A DNA stretch of 63,107 nt, the filler included, from Octopus bimaculoides (lineage: Eukaryota), in NCBI RefSeq assembly GCF_001194135.2. It is 4 parts of 3 records of this genome, joined end to end, with 100 filler letters (N's around TTAATTAATTAA, not from the genome) between each part and the next. Parts side by side here need not be neighbours in the genome. Positions count along the whole stretch, not along the records: positions 1 to 22,098 come from NC_068993.1; 3 more parts are not named here. The stretch is one strand, 5' to 3'. The first letter of the stretch is position 1. The number at the start of each line of letters is the position of its first letter. Below are positions 1-14,290 of this stretch, piece by piece. The position numbers were made by a program, and so were the translations under genes. The notes under the pieces are model-generated. The model was given only the letters and a program-made list of their open reading frames with translations, was not told the DNA's origin and did not search any database.

Positions 1-911
1 TATATATATATATACGCACATAAGCACACACACGCACACATATATATATTTGTACATATGCATATAGATACATACATAATACATACATACATACATACAT
101 ACATACAAGTGTCTTGCAAATAAGCAGAAAATTACATACACGGTATTTTATATCGTGGAGAATAGTTCGGTTAAATAAACGTCCAAGTCGGCAGGGAAAA
201 TTATTGCTATTACTGTCGTCCAGTGTTAGTAGATTCAACCTATCGTGTGAAGATCTCAAAGATTTAATAATTGATAAAGCAGCGACGGGTAAATAGCAGT
301 GAAAAATAATTTTCACATTAACTATATCGTTGAGGGCAGTAGCTTAGAAAGCGGAAACCTGTATGGTTATATACACGACTATGTATGTATTATTACAGGT
401 CAAAATTTTCTAATACTAAATATGACAATAAATCTCTAGTGAATATTAAACTCATAATTATCTTGTATTTGTACAAACACACCGTTTTGATCACTATATG
501 TCTTAAATAACTCTACACTGGAGGGGTGCAGTAAACCTGTCATAAATATTCTTTATACAAACACTGCGATATTTTATGGTTTGTTAGGAAGGAGGTGAAC
601 TAATGATATTTTGCGAAGACACTCATTGTGGGTAGGTGAGGGATTGAAGAGGAAACCATAACACTTAGATGTTGCTGCACTAGAAACGACATTCTAAGAA
701 CTTATGCTTTCAGTAGATTGGACTCCACTGCACCCAAGGCTACTAAATGCACCAAAGCGTTTTGGTGTAAAAATCAGGTGACTGGTTAAGGTTCTTTAAT
801 CATCCTTCTCATCTAATCAAAAGTACAACCCCTCCGACGTCTTTCTAAATATCTTCCGTCTCCTGACTTTTGCTCACAAGAAATAGGTTGATGTGAGTCT
901 ACGATAAAAAA

Positions 912-1000
912 AAGACACTTGCCCTAAGGACTGTGCAATGGAATCAAACCCAGAACCATGTAATTTATAACAATGCTAACTTTTAAAACCACACAGCCAT
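912..1000 (-). mobile_element. Degenerate 5' part of tRNA-derived SINE family A
   Basis: aagacacttgccctaagg...ggaatcaaacccagaaccatg...accacacagccat aligns by eye to the family A head at 28436-28532. Confidence 0.5.
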
Positions 1001-1359
1001 GATCATTGTAGGTTCTGTATAGCTACAAATGTCAGATGTATTATATTTATCATAAATATCATTTGTACAAAACCTACGGTGCATCATCAGGTGCCACAGA
1101 GAACACAAAATATGCTCTAACATTATATGAACGCTTCATATTCTGCTAGCATTTGATTATGGAACAGCCGAGGTCGTCAAGATCTTCTCTGAAGCAACAT
1201 TTCATGCTTTTTGAATGTCATGGAGTGTAAACAAATTGAGGAGACTCTGCGTAGTTACTATGCTTACGAAAATAGTAGCTACGTCGCCCTCAAACTACAC
1301 CTAACTTTTAAAAGTATGTGATTGTGCATTCGATAATGTAGTCCAAAATATACTTAGGT

Positions 1360-1594
1360 TACAACGCTGGTCACAATGCACTTCACATTGTTTTAGCTTT
1401 CGAATCACACCACCCCCTAGGTGAGCAGGCCAACATTCCCCCCGATCGGAAGGATATTCCGGTACCGAGTAAACCCAGTTACAGCTGAGTGGACTGGAGC
1501 AACGTGAAATGGTGTTTCGCTCAAGAACACAACCCGCCGCCGGGTCCGGGAATCGAACCCATTATCTAGCGATCGTGAGTGCAACATTCTAACC
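1360..1594 (-). mobile_element. tRNA-derived SINE (family C), head cut by N gap
   Basis: Reverse strand has a canonical Pol III B box GGGTTCGATTCCC (1548-1560), then gtgttcttgagcgaaacacc...ttgctccagtccactcagctg, a typical SINE central body. Confidence 0.75.
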
Positions 1595-4251
1595 NNNNNN
1601 NNNNNNNNNNNNNNNNNNNNNNNNNNNNNNNNNNNNNNNNNNNNNNNNNNNNNNNNNNNNNNNNNNNNNNNNNNNNNNNNNNNNNNNNNNNNNNNNNNNN
1701 NNNNNNNNNNNNNNNNNNNNNNNNNNNNNNNNNNNNNNNNNNNNNNNNNNNNNNNNNNNNNNNNNNNNNNNNNNNNNNNNNNNNNNNNNNNNNNNNNNNN
1801 NNNNNNNNNNNNNNNNNNNNNNNNNNNNNNNNNNNNNNNNNNNNNNNNNNNNNNNNNNNNNNNNNNNNNNNNNNNNNNNNNNNNNNNNNNNNNNNNNNNN
1901 NNNNNNNNNNNNNNNNNNNNNNNNNNNNNNNNNNNNNNNNNNNNNNNNNNNNNNNNNNNNNNNNNNNNNNNNNNNNNNNNNNNNNNNNNNNNNNNNNNNN
2001 NNNNNNNNNNNNNNNNNNNNNNNNNNNNNNNNNNNNNNNNNNNNNNNNNNNNNNNNNNNCAGGAGGAGGAGGACAAATTTTGTTAGTTCTCGAATGTTCA
2101 TCGAAATTGGAAATGAACATTTGAGCAAAAGCTAATACTGCGTTGTCCATCCTTTAACAAGCTACCGCCAATCAGGATTATCCAATAATTATGCTGCTGT
2201 CAGCTTCCAAGAAGGCCTCTTCTTACTCATCGTCAAAGTTCATTTTAATTGCAACGCTGTGTGGCGATTTGCACCAAGTAGCAGACAGGACATATTATCT
2301 TTAAATGAGCATGGGGTAGCCATTGTCATACAATGGCCGCCGTTTTTCCATCTACTTAATCTGAGAAGTACTTACCTAATTTTGATTAACTCTCTTCGTA
2401 ATATACATTAATCTGCATGTATGGATTAAAGAACATTTCTTTTTTATTTGACATAATTGATTTCATAATGATCGTTTCTCACAAGCAGCACCCAGAGAAC
2501 ATGGATAAGAGAAGGAACGCGATAGTAGTAGGGTGTGTGTCCTGGCCTTGTTATGGCATTGCGGGTGTTATTAGGAGAGGCTTTCCGTTTAATAGATCCA
2601 AACACAGAGAACTGAAGAAGTGCAGCAAGGCAGGAACTCGCTGCTTCACAATGATTTCTCCATGCTAGCGAGTTTCTTTAGGAATTGCCTGTAGTCTATG
2701 ATCTTTATTTGTCATCAGACAAAGATACTGGCTTTGGGTTTTGGCTCAGGCAGCTTAAGGAAGACATCTTTGAGGTTGCAGAATTATGATCTCTGTCTTG
2801 AAGGCTGCAGACTCATGAACCCTGTAAGTTTAGTTCATACATACTGGAAGAACTTTTATGAAAGGCAGAACAACAGAAGCGAACTAACGCGGAATTTTTT
2901 GTTCTTTTATCTCAACTCAAGGATCTCATTTGACCCTATCGTCATAGGTGCATGCTAATATGTGACAACAAATAGGCATATAAACCTGAAAATGCTAGAG
3001 AAAGAAAACAAATACCTTCCATCTTGTGAACCCATTCAATTAGTAATGTAGCGAAGATTTGTAAGGCATTCCCCAAATTTTCCAATTGATTTTCCTGGAA
3101 TTAACATTGCGATACGAAGCGAGAGAAAACCTACAGACTTGGTGTTGTTTGTGAATTACTAACGTAAATCAGATCTCCCAGATTTTGGACATTAAATGTT
3201 CAACTGTAATGTATTGCAGCTACTATTTGTCAACAGGTGAGAGTAAGAGCTATAGATTGAAATTAGAATATATAACCAAATGGATTCCCTCTCTAGGAAT
3301 AAACGATGGAAATCCATCGGAAAGTTGGTCACTATGATTGTATGCAAAGTTAATCGCTAATTCACAAACCACCAGCTGCGATTTAATGATAGACAATCCA
3401 AAATCTACGGTAACTGTCGATGAGAGATACTTACAGATGAAATAATTGGCCTTAAACACGAACTACCAGCAGTAAATCAAAAACCTTGATATCATAGGAA
3501 ATTACACGGCTGTAGGATTATCAACCGTAACTTTGCATTAAAGCTATAAAGTCTGAATGGTAGTATGAAAGATCATACTGGCAATAATTCAAACGTTCCT
3601 TATCTGAATTATCTGCTGTCTTTCTTTGTCGAGGTTGAGTGAGACCCAGAATGTAAATATGTAGCACAATAGTGATTCACTAATGTTAAATGTGATACAG
3701 AGTAAGTCCGGGGCAAACGTGTCCCCTAAAATAAGAAACATCAACAGTGAGTGAAAGTCTTTTGACAGGCGTTGCAGAACTAGCGAACGTAAAGCTGACA
3801 GTCTTGTAACAGTATAGAGAGTTACAGAAACTCTGTTAACTTGTCCTAAAAGAATGGATGCTCAGCTTGATGTGGCGTCCAATCCAGAAGAATATTCCAA
3901 GTTCCATCTTAGGTTCTGCATAATATAAGAAATTTAATGTGAAACCTGTATGGTCTGGCTAAGTCAAAATGGTTTTTTGTATTCCTCCTTTCTACTTGGA
4001 GAGTTTAAATTTAATTATATAAATATGGCCTTCTGTTCAAATTTAATTTCAATAAATTTCTAAATTTCTATGTCTTTGTGCAGCTGAAGATTGCTCTACA
4101 TTTTATATTTGATGTAATGTTTACATTGTTCAATTAAATGGAGTCGCATGAAACGATCGTATTGCATTACCTCTGGATATCCTTGTTAGTTATATATATA
4201 TATACATTGATATATGCATGTCTATATGTACTTATATATACATACACGTAT

Positions 4252-4650
4252 ATATGTCAATGCTCAGTTTTATTTCAAGATTTCTTGTCAAAAGAGAAAG
4301 AGCCGGTTTCTAACCTAGATCCAAGGCTCCTTCATTGGAATTTCAACATCATGTATATGTGCAGATTTGTATGTTTTGCTTTATGTATGTAGTCTCATGC
4401 ATATAATTGCATATCTAGACATGCTCATAAATATTTAAATGAAAGACTTCTGGAGAGTTTTACAGATTTTTACAGTTCCAGTGATGGATTGGATCTGTAA
4501 CCTTCGAATTAGCTTTCCTCTTTCTGGTTTTGAGAAGCCTAATTTCTCAAGATTGGTATTTAGCCAGTGTGTTACATATCCCAAGGCCCCAATAATTACA
4601 GGTATAAAGCTGAATTTGTAATCTGGACAGAGCAACTGCTGATTTCTCAA
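4252..4650 (-). mobile_element. 3' fragment of a restriction-like-endonuclease (R4-like) LINE with 3' UTR
   Basis: Minus-strand peptide FSFIPVIIGALGYVTHWLNTNLEKLGF...LIRRLQIQSITGTVKICKT matches the IPxIxGALG...Q..xL.GT C-terminus seen in the other LINEs in this window. Confidence 0.7.
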
Positions 4651-5154
4651 TAGTTCAGCATAGGTGTATGTATGTATGTCTATGCGTAGACACACTCTCA
4701 CAACTATATGCCTTTATATGAATCTATATGTACTTTTCTGCGTATGTAGATATCGGCGTAATGTACTTAGCCATCTATGCGTTGGTATGTTCGTACCTAC
4801 GCATGCGCGCTAAAATGCCTTTTGTTTTTGTTGAACACATTTCTTCTAGCTTTTTGTTTTGTTACAATCTTTCTCCTTTCATTTTTTTTCTCTGGCTAAC
4901 TCCTTCTTCGCCCTCCCCTCTCTTATTCTCTCTCTCTCTCCCTCTCTGCCTCCATTCTGTTACGTTTCATTTTCAATGGAAACCTATTTCTTATAATTCA
5001 GAACTTACCGAAACAATTTCCCTCTATCTTCCGCTATTTATCTTCTATCACCTCCTTCCGTCCATTCATCTGTTTATCCAACCATTCATCAATACATTGA
5101 TAGCTATCTATCTATCTGTCTATCTATCTGGCTGTCTATCTATCTATCTATCTA

Positions 5155-5203
<49 letters not shown>

Positions 5204-5833
5204 CATTCATTACTATCTGAAATTTCTAGTTATAAATGCATATGTCTATCTATCTACCTTGCTATCTATCAATCCATATACGTGTGTACGAAGATAGATA
5301 CATAGACAGACGGACACAGACAGACAGACACAGACACACAGACAGATACATACATAGATGAATCAAAAGGGGGGCGTGCGCGTGCGTATGTTTTTAACTG
5401 TCCATCTATCTACTTTCGCTAATTAGTTAGCTAGCAGTTTCATCATCCATCCATCTATCGATTGATCTCCGTATTTTAACATCAAACAATTATAGGTAGA
5501 TGTGTATGCGTACATGTATATATGCATATGCATATAGGTGTGTGAGAGTCCGTGCATATGCGTGGTGTGTATGTATATATATATATATATATATATATGT
5601 ACATGTATGTACGTATGTATGTATGTACGTATTTACGTACTTCGATATTCGTTGATGATAACGAACGCCAGAAAATGTACTCATTACATGCTTTCGAGTT
5701 TCTACATGACCATCCGCACCGCTATTCGGATATCTTGTTGTGGTGCATGTTTGACTCAGTGAGGAACCAGTTGGAGACAGAATATGGAAAAAGCTGTGTA
5801 GGGATGGTATAACGGAAACATAAGAGATAAGTT

Positions 5834-5834
<1 letters not shown>

Positions 5835-5911
<77 letters not shown>

Positions 5912-5930
5912 GATAGATAGATAGACAGAT
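5835..5930 (+). repeat. (GATA)n microsatellite
   Basis: Directly visible; similar arrays at about 7145-7198, 21780-21891, 41218-41256 and 57310-57375. Confidence 0.95.
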
Positions 5931-5988
5931 AGACAAACATACTTATATGTATGTATATAAATATTTATATATGCATATATATATATAT

Positions 5989-6019
<31 letters not shown>

Positions 6020-6953
6020 TATGTATATATGTACNNNNNNNNNNNNNNNNNNNNNNNNNNNNNNNNNNNNNNNNNNNNNNNNNNNNNNNNNNNNNNNNNN
6101 NNNNNNNNNNNNNNNNNNNNNNNNNNNNNNNNNNNNNNNNNNNNNNNNNNNNNNNNNNNNNNNNNNNNNNNNNNNNNNNNNNNNNNNNNNNNNNNNNNNN
6201 NNNNNNNNNNNNNNNNNNNNNNNNNNNNNNNNNNNNNNNNNNNNNNNNNNNNNNNNNNNNNNNNNNNNNNNNNNNNNNNNNNNNNNNNNNNNNNNNNNNN
6301 NNNNNNNNNNNNNNNNNNNNNNNNNNNNNNNNNNNNNNNNNNNNNNNNNNNNNNNNNNNNNNNNNNNNNNNNNNNNNNNNNNNNNNNNNNNNNNNNNNNN
6401 NNNNNNNNNNNNNNNNNNNNNNNNNNNNNNNNNNNNNNNNNNNNNNNNNNNNNNNNNNNNNNNNNNNNNNNNNNNNNNNNNNNNNNNNNNNNNNNNNNNN
6501 NNNNNNNNNNNNNNNNNNNNNNNNNNNNNNNNNNNNNNNNNNNNNNNNNNNNNNNNNNNNNNNNNNATATATATATATATATATATACATACAGACATCA
6601 GTCTTTATCTCCGTATGTCTTCCTCTCAGCCTCTCTATTTTTCTCACCTTCCTCCATTTACGTATCTCTGTACAGAGTCCATTGCCCTCGTTTTCCTATA
6701 CATTTCGTTATCTATGTATCATACCATAAATCTAGCTCTCTCTCGTTCTTACTTTCTCAATATTTATCGATCTATTGATCTGTCCATGTATCTGCCTATT
6801 TATCTACATACCGATATATCTATCTAGATACACATCTAAACATCTATGTATGACTTTTATATTTGTTTATATTTCCATTTTTCTCTGCCGTTGTCCATCT
6901 ATGTATACATATAGGAGCATATGCACGTATATATATACATATANNNNNNNNNN

Positions 6954-6984
<31 letters not shown>

Positions 6985-7168
6985 GCACATATACATATAT
7001 ATAAAATAAATTTTACATCAATCTATTTATATCCATCTCTTTCTGCCTATACATCTATGTATATTTGTATCTATCTATCAATCTCTCTGTCTGTCAAAGT
7101 ACATTGATATGTCTATCTATCTATTGCTCCATTCATCTATGCATCTATCTATATATCTATCTACCTAC

Positions 7169-7199
<31 letters not shown>

Positions 7200-8533
7200 A
7201 AATTTTCTACGTTTATACATCTAACCACCCAGCAATAATGGAGTAAGCGATGCAAAGCACGGCTTAATGTCATTGAACATTGCTAGAAATTTCCTAAACC
7301 ATTCTCAGATGCTGAAATAAAAACGAGTATTTGTTATTCAGTTCAGGACCTATCAAACAAATAAATAAATAAACTGATAAATAAATAATAAATCCCTTCA
7401 CGAAAATCTAGCGCCATTTTGTTTCTTTGTTCTTTAAATCTTTTTTGTCTTGTTTTCTTTTTTTTCCGCGTGTTTTTTTTTTATTTTTAGGGGTGGGGGA
7501 GTTATTCCTTTTCCTATTGAAAATCACATAGAAGATGCGATGTGGCGAAATTTCAATACGGAAATAATGTTGCTAGTATGGTTATTGGAATTCGATACAG
7601 ACTGAGACAATACAATACACAGGGCATACATACAAACAAACAAACATACATGCACACATATATATACATATATGTATGAAAGTATAACGATATATATGTA
7701 TATGCATCCATATATATGTATATACGTATGTACATGCGCTCATTCATAAATGTAAACACGTTTACACAGACAAGTGTACCCATACATTCGCTCACACACA
7801 CACATACACACACACACACAGTACCAACAGGTACTGTTAGGCTACTAATCGTACACCATTGTACACCTGCAACTTTGTACCCCTTCTTGGCCCATTCATA
7901 AATGCACCCCCAAACCCACCTGGAACCATGCACATATCTATACACCCACATGTATATGCTTATATATATATTTATATCTTTGTCAATGTGACTGGGTGAA
8001 TCTGATCTGTGAGTGCGATATCTGTGTTTATTGTGTATCCTCGTATTTTATCCATGGCAGATGTCTACCAATGCGCTCATAAAAGATTCTACGTTGCTTC
8101 TTGCTGACTAACGTTTTTTTTATTCCCAAATTGCCGAGTTAACTGTGTGAGATTGCTGTGGATCGGTTCTTTTCACGCTTTGTGTAAATGAGAACGTGTG
8201 TTTTTTTTTTCTGTGTATATGGAAAGAATAGGACATTGGAACAAAGTGGTATGGATGAGGATAAGAGAAAATGAAAAGGGAGCAGAAATGTTTTAAGAAG
8301 AACAAAAATACCTAAGAAAATTTTTTGAAAGACTCGAAAGAAAAGGAGAGAAAGAAAGATGGCGGTGCAGAAAGGAGCGAACCAACCAATTTGACTGTAA
8401 ATGATATTTGGGATGCAGAAAGTGATTGGTAAATAGCACATTGAAGGGAAATCGTGTAAATATTTGAATATAGATACATACATACATACATACATACATA
8501 CATACATACATACATGCATACATACATAAATAC

Positions 8534-8575
<42 letters not shown>

Positions 8576-8622
8576 ATGTATATATATACATATACATATA
8601 CATGTATATATATGTATGTGTG

Positions 8623-8690
<68 letters not shown>

Positions 8691-10596
8691 AACATATTTA
8701 TCTATATTAATGTAGAGAAACTGAATGTCAGTGAGAAAGGTAAATGTGTTTCAATGCATTTTCGAGGGAATAAATCATGAATACAAGCCGTGGATTTAGT
8801 CAAACTACCCGTAGTTGCATACATCCATCTTTCTACCTTTCTATTGAACTGCTATAAATGTGTGTGGATACGTGTGTATATATAAATATATGCACGTGTT
8901 TGTGTGTTTGCGTGCGTGTATTTGCGTGTTGTTATATCAATATTTGCACGCTTGCAGAACATTTTGTAATTAATTCTCATTTGCGGTTCTTGTAATATCA
9001 TTACTCCTAATGGGATCGTGTTTTGGTCAGCTAATTATCTTTTAAATGACGTTTTTCACAAAAAGAAATTACACACAGTAGAAAACCCTAATTGTAACCC
9101 TTAAGTTTCAAATGCAACATCCATGAGAAACGAATTTAATATTTCTGTGTAATATTCCGTATCCTTTTGTTGTGTGACGTGTGTGCTACGTTTTTTTTTT
9201 ATGATCTTTAATCATACAGAGAAATACAATAACCGTAGTCGTTTTTGTAATGTCTTTTATCATACATGCACACACACTCACACAAACATACACAAATATT
9301 ATATATATACATACAAACACATATATACATATACATATACACACACACACATATATATATATTATATGATAACATATTATATTAATGTAATACTATTAAT
9401 GAAACCTATTATTGAATGCGTGAGATATTAATCAAATCACTATTAGAAAAGAATATTTTCTGATAATAATTCAATTATCATTATTACTGTTACTGCATCT
9501 AAGTAAATCGTGCTTAACACGAGCTGCGAGTGTGTTTAAGAAATTGATGATGGCTGTTTTCCCATTTCGGAGGCTTGCATTGTTTTTTGTTTGTTTTTTT
9601 TAAAACCTCTGCGAGAGATTTTATTGCTACATTGACTGAAAGACTCCAAAAAGAGCCAGTTCTGTTTTATATGCATTCTAAACAAACCCTCAACGACCAC
9701 AGGAACAAACGCAAGAACAGGTAAATCAACGGGCAAATGAACAAGCAAATTCATAGCAACAAGAACAATAACAAGGGAACTACAATAACCACAACAAAAG
9801 CAAAATATTAACAAAAGACATCAATTAGAGAAACAACCAAACCCGCCAGAAGAAGCAGAAACCTTCTTAAGTATATTGTTATCAGACATTCCAAATGGTA
9901 GCACTTTATATTATTCACAAACCTAAAGTATCTACAACTAAAATGCTTCCAGCCATCTTTTCCCTTCAGTATTTTCGAGAGGGACGTGAGGATGGAGTTC
10001 TTAAACACATCCTCCATACGATCCTATCGGAAGCAACCGTCATTGCGTTTTTTGGCTGGAATCCAAACTGTCACCAAGACTACATATGCACCCTTACGAT
10101 TACATGGTGCTAGGATGTTATTTTAAGGAAGGTTTGCTCTCTATTTTTAGCAGAGCAAACGAATACGTGATGGCTCGTGACTCTGTTTTGTTCTTGTTCC
10201 TGGTATCTTATTTTTCTCTTATTTCACGTTTAGCTTTTTGTTTAATTAAAAACCTTGACTGCATTGTGGTTACTATTGAAACAAAGATAAGCAAAATATA
10301 TAAAGAAAAAAGTAAATTGCTCTCAAGTGGTCTTTGTTTGATTCTCTCTCTCTTTCTCTCTGTCGCTCTCCCTCTCTTTCTCTCTACTTCTCTTTCTCTT
10401 CGATGAAACTATAATCTAAGTGTGTTGAGTAAACCAAGATGCAACAAGCTTCTGTCAATGTTCCTTGGCTGGAGAACTAGAACATTGCAAACATAGGACA
10501 CATCTGCTATTGGTTGTTCCAAATTTGTCATCCATCCGGACATACATACAGCAAGTGAGGAAGAGAGAAAGAGAGAGAAGAGCACAGGGGGAGACC

Positions 10597-10747
<151 letters not shown>

Positions 10748-10973
10748 GTACAGAAGGAGAGTGAAAAATACAGGGAAAGAGAGAGAGCTGATTGTGTAAG
10801 GATGGCCTGGTGATGGTGGTGTTGTCGAGATTTCCATAGGTAAATATTACACACACACATACACACACATATAGATAAATACCTAAACATTATATATATG
10901 TGTATATATATATAGATATATACACATAGATATATATACACACACATATATATATGCATATATATATATATAT

Positions 10974-11032
<59 letters not shown>

Positions 11033-11651
11033 NNNNNNNNNNNNNNNNNNNNNNNNNNNNNNNNNNNNNNNNNNNNNNNNNNNNNNNNNNNNNNNNNNNN
11101 NNNNNNNNNNNNNNNNNNNNNNNNNNNNNNNNNNNNNNNNNNNNNNNNNNNNNNNNNNNNNNNNNNNNNNNNNNNNNNNNNNNNNNNNNNNNNNNNNNNN
11201 NNNNNNNNNNNNNNNNNNNNNNNNNNNNNNNNNNNNNNNNNNNNNNNNNNNNNNNNNNNNNNNNNNNNNNNNNNNNNNNNNNNNNNNNNNNNNNNNNNNN
11301 NNNNNNNNNNNNNNNNNNNNNNNNNNNNNNNNNNNNNNNNNNNNNNNNNNNNNNNNNNNNNNNNNNNNNNNNNNNNNNNNNNNNNNNNNNNNNNNNNNNN
11401 NNNNNNNNNNNNNNNNNNNNNNNNNNNNNNNNNNNNNNNNNNNNNNNNNNNNNNNNNNNNNNNNNNNNNNNNNNNNNNNNNNNNNNNNNNNNNNNNNNNN
11501 NNNNNNNNNNNNNNNNNNNNNNNNNNNNNNNNNNNNNNNNNNNNNNNNNNNNNNNNNNNNNNNNNNNNNNNNNNNNNNNNNNNNNNNNNNNNNNNNNNNN
11601 NNNNNNNNNNNNNNNNNNNNNNNNNNNNNNNNNNNNNNNNNNNNNNNNNNN

Positions 11652-11691
<40 letters not shown>

Positions 11692-11849
11692 TATGTGTAT
11701 GTGCGTATTCCAATGTGTTTCTTTGTATATAAATGTACTGATGTATATATGTGTCTTATGTAAACATATTCACATATATATATATATTAGAAAATATATA
11801 TATAAATACATGTATGTATTATGTGTGTATATATATCTACATACATACA

Positions 11850-11895
<46 letters not shown>

Positions 11896-12305
11896 TGCCT
11901 GCATGTATACATACATACATGCATACATACATACATACATACATACATACATACATACATACATGCGTGCACAAATACGCAGAGTTGCCAACTTGTACAC
12001 AAAGTGCTATAGGTGATAAGTAGAATATATAGAGAAACGAGAGTGGAAAAGGCAGCTGTCATTGGTCAATAAAAATATCGACGGAATCGGTTTAATTACG
12101 AAGTGTCCTGTTCAAACTTGTCTTCGATATATTGGCGGTGTCTGGGCACACTTCGACTCGCTCACACGCGCACATCTACACAAACACACACACACACACA
12201 CATACACATACACGCACACACACACACACGTACACAAGTATACAAATATAAGTATCTAAACGTTTATGCATGTGTGTGTGCTTGAATATGTATGTGTGTG
12301 TCTGC

Positions 12306-12355
<50 letters not shown>

Positions 12356-12498
12356 GTGTACATAAATCTGTCTGTGTATATGTGCGTCTACGGTAATGTA
12401 TATAATTTTATATGTGTGTTATATTTCAATGTATACGTATATTTGAGTGTATAAGTAATCTAAGGTGTATATTTTTGTATATGGAATCAAATCCGCGC

Positions 12499-12548
<50 letters not shown>

Positions 12549-12643
12549 CAATGCAGNNNNNNNNNNNNNNNNNNNNNNNNNNNNNNNNNNNNNNNNNNNN
12601 NNNNNNNNNNNNNNNNNNNNNNNNNNNNNNNNNNNNNNNNNNN

Positions 12644-12692
<49 letters not shown>

Positions 12693-13289
12693 ATACCCAT
12701 CGAGCGTGTATTTGTACGCATGCGCTTCGATGTCCGCACGCATGTGTATGAACGTACGTGTGTATGTGTATGCGTATACGTATGCAGTGTATGTGTAATG
12801 ATGCTTCTTCTGTTTCTGGACATAATTGATATTTAATTAACTCTTGATGCGTAACGAAAATATGAGAGCAGAGCCTGACAAATGAGGCTCAGCTGAGTTA
12901 CAGGAATAAAACAATCAAGCCACAAGTCAATCAATTCAATTACCTCGATTCGATTTTTATCTTTCTTTCTTTCTTTCTTCCGCCCCTTCTCTCCCCCGCT
13001 CCTCATCCCTCGTTTTTCGCTTTTGTCAATAATCTCTACCTGAATCTTACTACATTAGCTGACTCTACATGAAATGTTAGCAGTTCTGATTAGGTGTTCT
13101 TTTGCAATTTCGCATCCTGCTTCTTCTGTCCTTCCATCACGTGTAATTTCTTAAAATTCCACCAGTCGATGCAACACAAAGCAATTCCCCCCATTTGCTA
13201 CCGCCACTCTGATTCACACTCAATAGAGCTCACTAAATAAACAATCTAATGTTCGCTTATGTCTTTTTCTTTTTTAATGGCGAGGATAT

Positions 13290-13570
13290 TATACAATCTC
13301 CTTTGATGTATGTGGCCTTTAAAAACGAAATCATCAATTGATTGCTGTTATATCATAATATCTCAACGTAGCCCCTAAAAACGAAGGTTCAGAATTGTTT
13401 ATTCAACTTGTGAGCAGAGAAATACATATTGACAATACACGTATGAGACCAATTCAGCGACCGTTTCTTGTGGTTCTGTAGCAAATACGTCAATAAATTC
13501 GTCTGGGTATGACGTAAACGTGGGATTGCATTCCCATGAGAATATAGAATCTAAGAATATTCTAAGTGAA
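13290..13570 (-). mobile_element. Probable decayed piggyBac transposase remnant
   Basis: Minus-strand pieces ILRFYILMGM and QQSIDDFVFKGH resemble the piggyBac F.G..ILMG and SIDE.M..FKGR motifs, in the right order; broken by stops and frameshifts. Confidence 0.35.
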
Positions 13571-13904
13571 TCTGGTGTCGAAGCTGATTTATGGCAGCTG
13601 GGTTAATTGCATTGATAAGTATCCTGCCACAAAAACATTGCAAAATCCCAAGAATGAATTTCAACAAAAAGTTCACCTGATTCGGTAGAACAATAAGGCA
13701 TTTCTCTATAATGCCATTTTGCATTTATTCATATTACAGCGAGTTTTATCCTTTCATAAAACATTAACATGATATAAAGACATTTTCAGAAAAGGTCTTT
13801 TATAAAAGATACAAAATGAAATATTGATCTGAGCCAACAGTTTTGCAATATTTTCGTAATTTAATTGCTTTGTTCGTCAAGTTACAACAAAAAACAGCCA
13901 AGCA

Positions 13905-14072
13905 TTCAAAGTATGGAAGCCATTGTGTTGCAACACCTGAAGCCGACTTTCTGCCAGTTCTTTGATCCCACGCTGATACGAGTTCTTGTCCTTTGAGGTG
14001 ACGAACTCCGTCACTGAAGCGTCCACCTCTTGATTGATGAAATTTCTGGGCAGTGAGAGGAATAGATAAAGA
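13905..14072 (-). mobile_element. Mariner transposase C-terminal remnant
   Basis: Minus strand LYLFLSL...FINQEVDASVTEFVTSKDKNSYQRGIKELAESRLQVLQHNG matches the mariner C-terminal pattern (F.SK...Y.RGI..L..RW......G.Y). Confidence 0.75.
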
Positions 14073-14178
14073 ATGACCCTTTTCTACCAGCGCGGAGCAT
14101 GATTATATTCTGCCTTCTGAATTGATTGCAATTATACAAACATTCCCAAGTCCCCTTCAATCAACAAAGGGATCTCAC

Positions 14179-14290
14179 CGTAGTGGCACATTTTGCTAGA
14201 AATATGAACCAAATCTTCCTCAAAATACTCCCTGTCGTTTTCTAATTTAAAAATGGATGCATTGATAGCATTGTGCAAGTCATGACATAC
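14179..14290 (-). other. Candidate 112-nt coding exon, product unknown
   Basis: Acceptor ctcaactttttcag, donor CTACG|gtgaga, open frame VCHDLHNAINASIFKLENDREYFEEDLVHISSKMCHY. Confidence 0.4.

Noticed and set aside
1548-1594. tRNA-like sequence with a perfect B box
   Set aside because: It continues into a SINE body, so it is a SINE head rather than a tRNA gene; no cloverleaf can be supported.
5943-6827. Long ORFs of X, YI, CV, SL, ER or poly-residue runs throughout the track
   Set aside because: Translations of N gaps and microsatellites; no coding evidence.
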